Made by a program: the position numbers and the translations under genes. A stretch of 64,000 nt of DNA from Camelus ferus (taxonomy: Eukaryota), in the NCBI RefSeq assembly GCF_009834535.1, contig NC_045697.1, positions 95,234,001-95,298,000 of the forward strand, written 5' to 3'. A model generated the notes under the pieces. It searched no databases, was not told where the DNA came from, and worked only from the letters and a program-made list of their open reading frames with translations. Below, piece after piece: positions 28,014-39,930 of the stretch; positions within the stretch are counted from its first letter, which is position 1; every line of letters starts with the position of its first letter.

Positions 28014-28625
28014 TGTTTGGACAAGGTCGGGGGGTGTCCCAGGACCACAAACAGATTCATTCTCTCACTGGAAGGATGCAAAGAAGTAAGAAAAGCTGTG
28101 ACATCCATGGCTATGGTTTATTACCTTGAAAGAGTACTGACTAAAATCAGCAGAGGAAAAGGCTTCTAGGGAGACACCAGGAGAGCTTCCAGTTTGCTTC
28201 TCCTGTAGGAGTTTTGCAGATAGTACTAGCTTCTCCCAGTAATACATCATACGTGTGGCAACATGTGTACCACCACACATGGAATATTGCCAACCAGCTC
28301 ATGCCAAAGCTCATTCACCTAAGCTTTGGTGTCCAGGCCTTTTATTGGGGGTCATTCACATTAGTGTGTTGACTCACATTTAGACTCCCACTGGTCTGGA
28401 AGTCAAGCTGATATCTCACAGCCTCAGGCCCCCAGCATCAATCATATTATTAACATAGTCTCTGTGGCATGGTCCAGGGCCCCTAGGTAAATAGGTACTC
28501 TTATCAGACAGGATATTCCAAGGGTTTAGAGATTACCTCCTAGGAGACTGATAAGGGCCAAATTTTGTTTGGAAAATACAGGGTGTGAACTACCTTGACT
28601 TTTCAAGTTGATTCCTTTTTGTGCA
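28014..28625 (-). mobile_element. MER77/MER21C-like ERVL solo LTR
   Basis: CTCTTATCAGACAGGATATTCCAAGGGTTTAGAGATTACCTCC and CTTTGGTGTCCAGG; homologous in reverse complement to 30929-31502. Confidence 0.85.
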
Positions 28626-29063
28626 GAGGGAATCAGCCTGACCTTAGATGTCCCCATAGAGTGAGGGGATTGTGAAGATACGTGTAAAGAATACTCAAAA
28701 AGGGAAAATGGCAATTAACTTTTCAAACTGGTTATTGAGTAGGAACATTTATCTTTAGACAGGAGGGAAATCAGTAAACCCCACCCCTAAGTCATTTTCA
28801 AAACAATTATGGTAATTGTGGTTTAGAATCAAAGAAGTTATAAATAATGATGTTCCAATTAAAAAAACCAAAAATAGGTTAGTGAAAGGCCAAGTGATAA
28901 ATATGGTTTATAAATTCACTGTTCTTTTATGGCTAGTGATCAATGATCAGAATTAGAAAATCAACATCTCACAACCATTTAAGTCTACTAAATCTAATAA
29001 TAGACTTAAGAGTATTACTTACAGATGTAGATGTTAACATTAGTCATAATAATTTAAAAAATA

Positions 29064-29237
29064 GGGGGGAGGGTATAGCTCAAGTGGTAGAGTGCATGCC
29101 TGGCATGCACAAGGTCCTGGGTTCAATTCCCAGTACCTCCTCCTAAATAAACAAACAAACAAACAAACAAACCTAATTACCTCCCTCCCCCCACCAAAAA
29201 AAAAGTAAAAAAATAAAAAATAAAAAGTAAATAAAAA
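29064..29237 (+). mobile_element. tRNA-Ala-derived SINE (vic-1 type)
   Basis: GGGGGGAGGGTATAGCTCAAGTGGTAGAGTGCATGCC...GGTCCTGGGTTCAATTCCCAGTACCTCC, (AAAC)n linker, AAACCTAATTACCTCC, A-rich tail. Confidence 0.95.
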
Positions 29238-29379
29238 CATCTAAATTTTAAAGTTTCAGCAGGAAAAAAATCCACACAAACACATGTACATTCATTCACA
29301 CATTCATGACAGTATTGGAAGCTATAGTAAGAGATAAAAAGCAAAGACACATTTAAAGCAGAAAGGATATAATAAGATA

Positions 29380-30230
29380 GAGCTAACTCCAAACATCTTA
29401 TTAATAAATATAAGTGATAGACCTAGTCTTAAAGGAAAATGATACCAGATAATGCAAATAAAAAAAGAGAAGTTTGAAAACAAGGCAAACTTTTTAAACA
29501 GAATGAAAAACAGAATTCAATAATGAAACAAATGACTTTTAGAAGAAAAACAAAATTTTACATAGTAAATAACAAAATCAAAATCTATCAAATACTATCT
29601 ATAGAGATAATATTAGATAAAATAATAGAAACTCACAATGAAATTAAAATGTTAACATACACAGAGTAAATAAACAACAAAAAATACAGACACAGACAAA
29701 AGGCCCAGATAAGATGGAGATAATTTATTAGTTACATATTAAACTCTGGCCCCTGAAAACAGACACTACATCATATTTTCAAGTGCATATGCAAGATTTA
29801 CAATAAATGATTAAATATTAAGCCGCACAGTAAATGTCAATAGATTTCAAAACATCAAAGTGGTACAGACTAAAATCTGCAGTAAAAATGGATGAAGATA
29901 CCATTTATAATCTTGTTGTTTGGAAATTCTTTCCAAACTAGACACAGATCCCAGAAACTATAAAGCAAAAGGCAGATAAACTTCACTATAGAATTTTTTT
30001 GTCAGAGAAAACATTCAAAAATAGAGTTAAGTTAAAAACCACAGAAAGGAAGTATACTATTTGCAAGAAATATGACATATTAAGTTGTAATGATATTAAT
30101 ACAGGAAGAAAATATAAAAGCAAGAAATACGAATGGCTGATACATACATATAAAGATGCTCAAATTTATCAAATACAACTGAAGATTAAAATACAGTAAG
30201 TTGTTTTATCCTAGCAGCTTGAGAAATAAC
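29380..30230 (+). mobile_element. Old L1M ORF2 remnants (endonuclease region plus 3' part)
   Basis: CATATTTTCAAGTGCATATGCAAGATTTACAATAAATGA...TCAATAGATTTCAAAA resembles the L1 EN 'FFSSAHGTFTKIDH' region; A-rich and heavily decayed. Confidence 0.65.
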
Positions 30231-30928
30231 TTTATATCCTAAATTATATCATAATCATATATCATTATTCTCTGCAGTTGTAAAAATCCAGAAATTTTGT
30301 CATTATCTTTTATGTGAAATTTCTCAATTAGATGTTAATTAAAAGGATTGACTTGTTTCATATATTTTATATATTGCTTGGTATAAATAAGGGTGACAAG
30401 GATGTGTGTGTGTGTGTAGAGATTTTCTGAAAGGACATTCAAGAAACTAAATAATTATTATCTCTTAGGTCAGAATAGTCTGATGAGTAATAGTTCTCAT
30501 TCTATAAACTTGCAGGCAATTTGGATTCTGTAAACTTGTAGACACTTTTTGGAATAGTCAAAAATACAAATAAAATAGGGCACGTTTTGTGATCAGCAGT
30601 GTCCAGGGCTGCAGATGTCTAAAGCAAAGGTCTGCAGAATTCTTTGGGCTCATTATATCAGGTGTTTCATGTGTCCTTCAGTGTTACAGAGGGGAGTTTC
30701 TTCAGTGTGATGAAAAGAAAAGCCAGATGACTGGTCTGAGAAGTGAATGAGAGATAAGGAAGTAATGCCATCAGTGCAGACTACTCTTTAAAAAAATTAA
30801 GTTTGCTGCTCGCTACTCTCAGTCTCTTTTCTGTTTTCGGTATATGTTTTTATCTCTCCTTGACTTTTAGTGTTTCCAATATCTAAAGGAGAAATGTTTT
30901 TGTGTTTTTAACAAAAAGTGAATTCTAT

Positions 30929-31502
30929 TGTGCAGAAAATGATTAACTCAGCGAGTCCAGGTTGTGTGCACACTGCACGTTAAAGATTAATCTCTTGGCT
31001 GATTCCTGGGAGGTAACATCTAAGTCTTTAGAGTACCCTGTCTATTCAGAGTATCTGTTAACCTAGGGGACTTGGGCAACGAGGAGAGTTCTTGCCTGCA
31101 ATGTAATTATGACGGCAGCTTCGACCATGTTATCCGCTTGATCTCTGGAAGGGATGCAGAACAGAGGTCAGCAGGAAACCTTGCCTAAGTCACCAGACCT
31201 CAGTAAAAACCCTGGACATCTGGGCTCAGGTGAGCTTCACTGGGTGGCAAAGCTCTATGCGTTGTTGCCACACAGGGCTGGGAGGAATAAACCCTGTGTG
31301 CACAACTGCCCTGGGAGAGGACTCCAGGAAGCTTTCACCTGACATCTCCTAGACTCTGCCCTGTGCACCTCTTCCCTTTGGTATTTTATTCTATATCCTG
31401 TCACTGTAACAAACCATAATCATGGTATAATGTTTTTTCTGAGTTTTGTGAGTCCTAGCAAATCACTGACCTGAGGCTGGCATTGGTGACCATGAGATCA
31501 CA
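30929..31502 (+). mobile_element. Complete MER77-like ERVL solo LTR with 5-bp TSD
   Basis: TG...CA termini, TSD TCTAT at 30924-30928 and 31503-31507; GGCTCAGGTGAGCTTC, CTGGGAGAGGAC and GAGTTTTGTGAGTCCT family motifs. Confidence 0.9.
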
Positions 31503-32375
31503 TCTATATAGACAAAAAAGTACATGGCCTCTCCAAAACCCTGGTTCTCTTTATTGAATTTATCTTCTCATTTAATAATATGAAGGAATGGCTGGAGTTT
31601 GACTATTTGCTGAATTTTTAAATTACTGAAACCTAAAACACACAACACACATGTCTTTTAAGAAAAAGTATTTAGAAGGGATTGTTTATAGAATGGATAA
31701 CTGCATTAAAGTATGCATAGCAAAGGGGAGTAAATCATGAAATATAAACTAATAATGAGGAAGTATTTAGATTTTACTTTCAAGAATTCAACATTTTATG
31801 ATATACAGTTTTGTTAAGACCTATCCTTGTTGAGTTGTTTGCTATATTTCTAGCTTCCAGTATGACATCAGTAAATATTCTTGAGTAAAGCTACTTGCTG
31901 AATCAAACTACTGAAACCATTTATAAAAGGAATTCAGTTTTTACTTTATGCAATTTTCTTAGTTTCTTCTAATTTCTTTTAGCTGAGGGTCTCCTCACAA
32001 GGACATAGGAATAAATTGAAAGACTATTTCTTCAAAAATCCATATCACAATTCCCTCACCACATTTAGGTCCCATGACCAAGTTTGGCCCCCACATTCCG
32101 GAATTCTTCCTCATCTTTGTTGAAGGTTTTCTCAGGGGCCTTGCAATTTGACTTCTGTTTGCCTTCTTCATCCTGTATTTATTCAGTATGACTGCATGTA
32201 GCTGAGACCTAACTGGGGGCAATGTTCTAGTTATTTGTTAACTGGATAGTTTCATGAAAATTTCTTGAGCTATGGTGTTTCATCTATGTCCGCAGTGTTC
32301 AACTTCCTAGTTTATATTCTGTTTAGGGAGTAGTGCTCCTTCAATATAATCCAAAGTGATGTGAAAGGTGGCAAA

Positions 32376-32570
32376 GGTGGCATCGTGTAGTGGGAAGAGA
32401 ACTGCTCTAGTAGCCAAAGGACAGGATTCTTTTCTAATTTTGTGATTAATTGGCATAGTGGAACTGAAAAGCCACTATTTTCTTATCTGTAACACACACA
32501 CACACACACATGCATGACACCTGTCCTGTGTATATAACTGGGTTGCTCTGAGGACAGTGTGTCTATACTT
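32376..32570 (+). mobile_element. MIR SINE with short CA run
   Basis: GGCATCGTGTAGTGGGAAGAGAACTG...TTTCTTATCTGTAA...GGGTTGCTCTGAGGA. Confidence 0.6.
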
Positions 32571-35335
32571 GAGGAAATATACATCTCCTATGAAAAGATG
32601 AGTTAACAGGTTTTAATTTCATATCAGTTTTTTTAGCTCCTCCTGTCTTTTTATATTTCTTGTGCAGCTTTCTGTCTGAGTATCTCCCACGTATTTTTGC
32701 TTGTTCACACCATCCTGTGTCCTCAAGATCCAGCTCAGATGTGTTTAACTCCCTTGTTAATTAGGCATTCCTTCCTGTATTTACTTCCCCAAACAAGAAT
32801 ATGTCTAACTCATCTTTATATATCCCTTAGGAATTTATAGTATAGAATTTTGCATATTATAAGTATGTCATAAATATTTGTTGACTTGAAGTAAATTAAA
32901 GTTAGATTAATATGAATTTTTCTGAAGATGCATTTCCATTTGGAAATAAATTATTTAGCATCCATTATACACTCTTCAAAGAGCAGTAGAAAGAATCACT
33001 TCTGTATGAGAAAAAAAAGTCCTAAAAGCTTTGGATGAATGGCTACTCTCTGTCTTTAAGAAAAAGACTGCAGGGATTTAATTATTATACCCCCAAAGAT
33101 TTTCAAACCTATATACCAGGTATTCTTCCTCAACTTAGGCATTTATTGCCAACTCAAGGGGGGCTTATTGAAAGGATAGTAAAAACTTAAATCTATTATT
33201 TTCCCATGGTATTTTGATAACTTAGTGACTTGATATATTCTTTCTTCTAGACTACAATTTCTCAGTGTTCAAAATATTAAAGAAATTAACCTTGGTTAGA
33301 ATCCTATGATTTGAGGCCTCGAGCAATTTGTTACTTTGTATTGTTAGAGTTTGGGTGCTATGTTAAAAGAGGGATTTATTTTTCTCATTTAATGAAGTCT
33401 GTTTTATTTTAAATGATTTCTCAAGGACATAATTTTAACTCATGGGATTGCTAGGCAATTCACTTTTCTATGAGTAATTTCTAAATTGCTTTTTAAAATT
33501 TATTATGTGCAGGGGGGAAATGGTTTGAAAACTTTATAATAAATTTAATATATGCCAAGAGTATACTCTTGTGAGAGCAGATATGTCTGTATGTAGCTGT
33601 GGTAGCAGTTCATTTTGAATCTTCATGAATTTATAGGCACTCTATCAGCTTCTATTATAACTTAACATAAAAAATAAATTTAAAAATCCTAAAAATATTA
33701 GCACATTAAATATACAGATAGAATCTAGGAAAAATGCACTCATATAAATGAGTAGAAAGGAGGCTATCTTATTTTATAATTAATGTTATTATTATTCATA
33801 ACTAGTGTAAGAACATTGGAGTTACTTTGTTCTTGTAATTGGACTGCTAAAGTAGATTGACTATGACCTGTTCTTTTCAATCATTATGCAGAAAATTGAT
33901 AACACTGATACAGACATTTTGTTTTATGCCAGAAGTGTAATAGATACACAGTGTGTACAAGTTCTCAATATGTGGTCAGTGGATGTTTATCAAGATGAGT
34001 ATGCTGTGGTTTTCTTGTTCAGCCTGGAGGAGGACAAGGAGGGCCTAGAAACAACAAAGGTCAAGATATTGGGATGTCAGGGTTTTGTCTGTAGTCCTGT
34101 CTTCACCTTGATCCTGTCATTTAGGAACAAGTGATTTTCATTCATACTGAATAATGCCCCTGTTGAGAAAACATCACCCACCTATCTGATTGTTACCGGG
34201 AGTGGAAGTGAAATATTTCAGTTCACACAGAGCATTTATTGAAACAGACAAGGCTAACAATGTTTGAAAAACAGATTGGTTCCACACATGCCAAACATTT
34301 GCTCCTACCTCATTAAGCTGATATCTCACTGCTAAAGGCCAAGTAAATATCATCCTAGGCCATGTATTTTGAAAATCTATTTTTTACGTTTTGTTTCACA
34401 ATCACTTAAAGTAACTGGAAATAACAGACCTCCAAAACAGATGCCAAAGTCCTTTGCTAGAATTTAAATTATACAGGAAATTTCTGAACAACTTTGAATA
34501 CATTGGGCAGAAATTTACATTTTTTCTTACTTGCTTATACTTGATAAAGCAATAACAGTAGTTGATTTGTATTAACGAATGATTGTCTTGTACTTGTGTA
34601 TATATATTAGTGTTCATCCATGCTTTACTGTGTATCCTGATTCTTTCTCTTTGTTTTTAGTGTCACATAGGTGACGCAATGAGTTAATGACCCAATATCC
34701 CAATCTTCCAAAAAAGGAAAAGAAAAAAAATCCAAGTGTATTTATCTCTTATCATTTTGCATATTTTCAGTGGTTCTTGAGAGCTATTAATGAAACAAGT
34801 GAGAGGTTAAAATTAAAATATAATAAAATCACAGTATGTCAGTATATGCAACTTTGACAATGTGACTCAGTAATAGGCTTTATTATATGAATGCACAGAA
34901 TACTTCATCCTCTAGTTAAAAAGAGAAGTAGCTTTGAGACTATATGAATGAAGTTCCATAGAATTGAGGATCTAGCCTTTCCATTCACAGATTGAGTCAA
35001 CTCAAATATTCATAAAGATAGAATGTAAACATAAGCAAGTTTGAGTCAATGTACTGTCATTCTGTACAAAAATAACCAGAATATATTTACTTGATATATA
35101 TGTATCTTTATTCAGTTTACATAAATTGAAAAAACCTAAGTTCATAATGGTACTATTATTTATGATACATATATTTCTATTATCCTAGTAAAATTGAGAA
35201 AATAATGTCTTTAAAGATCATTCCATACAAACATCTGTCCTTAGAAAACATCATAAATAAATCATTCCAGACCAATGAAGAAGTAGATCATCTCAGCTGA
35301 ACACACATAGTCCCTTGTGTAATATCAATTGTTTT

Positions 35336-35530
35336 ATAGTAGCAAAAATCAGTAAACATTAACCACTTATGATGTGTAGGACAATGCTAAATGTTTTATG
35401 TAAGTTATTTCATTAGATCTTTACTGTATACTGTATAGATTCCTATATGGGAAAAATGATGCCTGGAGAGACCAAATACTTTTTCCAAAGAAACACAGCC
35501 TGCTGATGAGGTTGGTTGGTCTGAGGTCAT
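35336..35530 (-). mobile_element. MIR SINE
   Basis: CACTTATGATGTGTAGGACAATGCTAAATGTTTTATG...TTTCATTAGATCTT...ACACAGC. Confidence 0.6.
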
Positions 35531-37699
35531 CAGTTCTAACTACCTGAGTTATGTTTGTATTTGTTTGCCTGATTCCCCAATGATATATTGATTCCAAAAC
35601 AATGCAAAATAGAGAAATATACCTCATAACTGGATGCTGGCATTCTGTCACCACAACTAAACAAAAAACATAAAATTAATTTATCTTGAGACATGTTGGA
35701 TTCTATTCTGATCACAATAGAAAACATCTATTTTTTTTGTCCGCTACTATACCACATGGCCTAATGTACTATATACATTACTGCGTATTTGTTTAATAAT
35801 TATTAATATTCTTAATCATTATCAAGATCACTATAATTCAGCATTCTACTCATGTATTTTCTGATTTTCAATATTATGTGAATCTCCGTCCTTTGAATGC
35901 CCATAGCATTAGTAGTATGTTTTGTTGATATTTTTTAATCCCTTTTATCTCAATAGATGATGATGCTTGAAGGCAAATACTGTCTTACACAACTCTCCAT
36001 TTGCTACAGTGCCTAGTCCCAGTAATCTGCTATATTGTAATGAATTTTTTCTCTACTTTAAAAAATTCTATGCCATTTATTCATATTTGGCAATATTTGA
36101 ACCTTACAAAACAAAGGAACCAGATCTCTTCAAAATATTTTTCATCAACATGACATGAGTAAAGAAGTTAAAGCTATTTGACAAAAGACGTATATATATA
36201 TACTCAAAAGGGGAGCTGAGTGGTAAGTGCACATAACAGGAAATATACTGGTCCATACTTCCGTAGTCAATACCTCATACCAGGATGGTTTGTTACCATC
36301 TTTCAAAAAGACCTGTCTGAAGCTCCCTCTCTCCCTCTCCCCCTCTCCCCCAAATTCTGAGAAATTTACCTTCACGAAGTCTCAAATGGCAATCCTTCTT
36401 ATTTCTAAAACTTAGCCAAATCAATTCCCTGATAAAATATGAAAAAATAGGAAAGCAAATGTGGGTGGTACGAGTACAGAAATCATGTAACAAATAAACT
36501 CAAACAGTTGATATAACTCACTCTGAATACTTGACACTAGAGAACTCAGGGGGAGTCCAATAATACCCACTAAATTCTCCTTTGAGGCATTTTAAAACAA
36601 ATCAGCACTTGTCTTACACCTAGTTAGATGCTTTCATAAACTTTTTTTTTTTTTTGGCCAGGGATTCGTTGAAAGTGCCCAGCTGCTGACAGTGGCAGGA
36701 GAGCCTGAACACTTCAGATTTGCCTGGGGTTGTACACTCACACAGCCTTCGGGACTACTGCCGACACTCTAGTCAGGGAGATCTTTCTGGTGGTGTCCTC
36801 ATGTTGGGGAAAAAGCAGACCAAAAAGGTAAGATACAAGCATGACAAATAATTTCTACAACTATTACTCCAAAGCATAGTCATATGCAAACTAATAAAAT
36901 CCTGTTTGGCGAAAGGAAACAAAGAGCAGTTCCAGAAGAAGTGTTTTTTGTTATGTATTGATCTATCACTCCAATTAGACAAGCTTGCGTGGATAGATTA
37001 TAGCTTAAGAATCTCTGTATTTCAAGAATAAGAATAACACAAAAATAAGTCAAGCTTTATACTTTATACTCTATGTAGAAATTCAAGGTGTACTTTGGAA
37101 TAAAAGTAATTAAGAAAAAGACTAACGCAAGAAAAAATAGTTTAAAAAGCCTTCCAATAGAATGTATCAAAGAAGCTGGCAAAGTGGACAAAAGCAAGAG
37201 CAAATAACCTCAAAACTGGAGATAGAGACACCGCAGAAAATAGAATAATCTCCAGTTTCCATGGAATATCAAGGAACTTTTCAACAAAGTGCTATTTACA
37301 GCAATTATAAATTTCCAGTCTGGGAGAGTCAGTATAAGAGAAACAGGTGAGGAAAAAGAAAGCAAAGCAATTTCTACTTTTGAAAATTATCCAAGAGGGC
37401 AAAGTATTTTATTCCAATAATAATTTTAGGAAGAAAAAAAATGAATGATTAAGCTATAGCTACAAAGAAACATTCTTATATTTGAAAGAGATTCTCAGTT
37501 GTGATTAAAAAAAAAAAAAAAAGATGTCCTTATTTTAGTTTCTAGCATCTGCTCACACTTGTCTTTCACTTGGGTAGAAAAAGTTAAGCTCCTGTGACAT
37601 CATATTCTCCTGTGACAGTTAATAGGCTTATTTTATTACCCAACTATGGCACAGTGCAAGTGGAAATATAGGGCAAGATTTTATCACAATGACCTGTGG

Positions 37700-37835
37700 A
37701 GCGAGGGCTGTAGCTACTACTGGAGTCTAGGACCAGGGCTTGAGGGATACTAAAGGCACCACGAAGAGGAGGTTACAAGGCACTTAAAGAGTTATCCCCA
37801 TCAAATGCCAATAGTGCTTCTGAAAAGAAACACCA
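37700..37835 (+). mobile_element. MER20-like hAT DNA transposon fragment
   Basis: CTACTGGAGTCTAG...AAAGAGTTATCCCCATCAAATGCCAATAGTGC...AGAAACAC resembles the MER20 3' end. Confidence 0.5.
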
Positions 37836-39322
37836 GCCTGAATGATCCCTTAAATCCGTGCACACAACTAGTATCCTAAGATTCTAAAGTTCTGAGGTAT
37901 TGTTAAAGAGAAAGGAAAAATTGGTGTGTGGTGATTTCAGCAGAAATTCCAAAATAAGTGCAATTGACAACAACTTATGAGAGTAAGCCTGAAAGGAAAT
38001 TCTGTTCTGAGAGAGGAAAACTATGATTTTCATGCATATGATATTCACATGCAATGGCAACATTGGCTTGATAGCATGGCAAGAATTGTGAAAATGGAAA
38101 TATTTATCAGAGGAAGATAGAATTTTATGGCCCTTAGAAAGCATCCCAACCTCCTTATTACAGAAGTAAGAAATCTGAGGTTGAGACTTACCCCCCAAAC
38201 CCCCAGTAATAATACTCAATATTACGATCCTCCTTTCTTAGTAACAATTTTTTATCTCAGTAATAATATTTTGCAGATTTTAAAATGTGTGATTCAGATC
38301 TTAGGTGTGTAAATGTCTCCTATAGTGGTTTTACATGCAAAAAAACAATTTAAAAACTGCTCTTTTAAAAATGTTGTTGAAGATATTTCAGCCCAAACTG
38401 GCATTTTAAATAACTATTTGTTCAGCTGAAATCTTCAGTTTTTCCACACAACCACTAGCTCTCATGTGTTTGGAAAAGTTTTGGACATCCCTGAGATCAT
38501 GACTCATGTAGTAAGATAAGTGGCTATGCAAAACTCTTATACCATCAGGATTTATGTTATTACTGATTGTTGTAACAGTAATTCTATTCTGCAGTCAGGC
38601 AAATATTTGGTTTACATTATAGTGAATATATTGTGGAGATTATTCTGTCTTCTTAAGGAAGCAACAACAGGATGTGTTATTGGTGTTTGCAATAATCTAA
38701 TTAGTAAATTTACATACTGACTACCTCTTGAACAACTTCCTTCTGAAAAGGTTCTCTGCATACAAAGTGGGTGCACACCTTGAAGACAGAATAAAGTTAG
38801 TGATTCAGCCAGATTCCTTTTCAGTGTGTGATTTAAAAGTTTAAAGACAGTTTCAGGGGCTCTAAGAATTTTACGTCCATTTTTTACATTCATCTGCGGT
38901 ACATTATTTCAGTTAATAAGCTAGAGTATGTTACATATAATTATTAAAGGTCAATTGCCTTCATCACTATTTTAACTGTAAATACCACATTGTATGGCTC
39001 CTCAAGTTCAGCCCTCGGATGTTAATGTGCACTGGCTGGACGTATTCAGTTTTAAATTATACAGGGTTGAATTCATCTTTTCTAGCAACTACATTCCTTT
39101 GTTCAGCACAAACTTGAATTACCTGAAGTTTCAAGCACCCTTCACTTTCAATTGCCCACCATTAGAAAACACACACACAATTTTAAATGTACTGTGATTA
39201 AGTAATTTTATGCGTTCTACACCAATTTTCTGTATTTTCAAAATGGAAGTGAAAAAAATTGTTGAAGATTTTTAAATTATTTTTTTATGCTACAGTTTAG
39301 GCATGGCACCTGCATTAAAGTA

Positions 39323-39478
39323 TATGCTCAGTGGCTGAAACAAGGCAGAGCTATGACAGTCAGGCAGAGCTGGGTTCAAATCCAGCTCTGTTACTTAATA
39401 TCTGGTGGAGGTAGGCAAGTATACAATGTCTTTGGATCTCTGCTTCTACTTCTGTAAGAGAGAAATACCAATCCCATG
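39323..39478 (+). mobile_element. MIR SINE
   Basis: GCTGGGTTCAAATCCAGCTCTGTTACTTA...GGCAAGT...CTGTAA. Confidence 0.75.
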
Positions 39479-39504
39479 GTGGAGCACAGGTGAATTAGGT
39501 GCCC

Positions 39505-39930
39505 TAATTGTCTGTTGTTAACTTGACATCCTGCCACCACTTTTAAAAACCTCCTCTGCATTATTCCTGGGATGCCAAAACTTGTATTTGCCCCAATCCA
39601 TTTTTCCATTGAATTCTCAGTTTGCCATTTTAAATGGCAGCCTTGCCAGGGGGTTCAGTGGAACAGAAAAGTTAGAATTCTCTGCAGGCAGTTGCTGCCA
39701 GATGTGTGGATGGACATGAGGCTCACAGATGCATCCTCGTGAGTTCTTTGGAGTTTCAGCGTGAAATCGTCCCTGTTTTTACCTGAGCTTTAGTGAGCAT
39801 TTCTATGACTTTTTCCTTTCCCAGTCTTTCAATAATTGTGTAAGCCCTGAATTCCTATAATAACACATCCATTCTTGGATTACACAGAGTAGCTTCTGTT
39901 TTCCTGAGTACAGTAGACTAACACTAATAA
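39505..39930 (+). mobile_element. LTR33-like ERVL LTR
   Basis: 3' end TGTAAGCCCTGAATTCCTATAATAA...AGAGTAGCTTCTGTTTTCCTGA resembles LTR33. Confidence 0.55.

Noticed and set aside
29064..29140. Functional tRNA-Ala gene
   Set aside because: The anticodon arm is mutated (CCTGGCA), and it carries the SINE body and A tail shared with two TSD-flanked copies.
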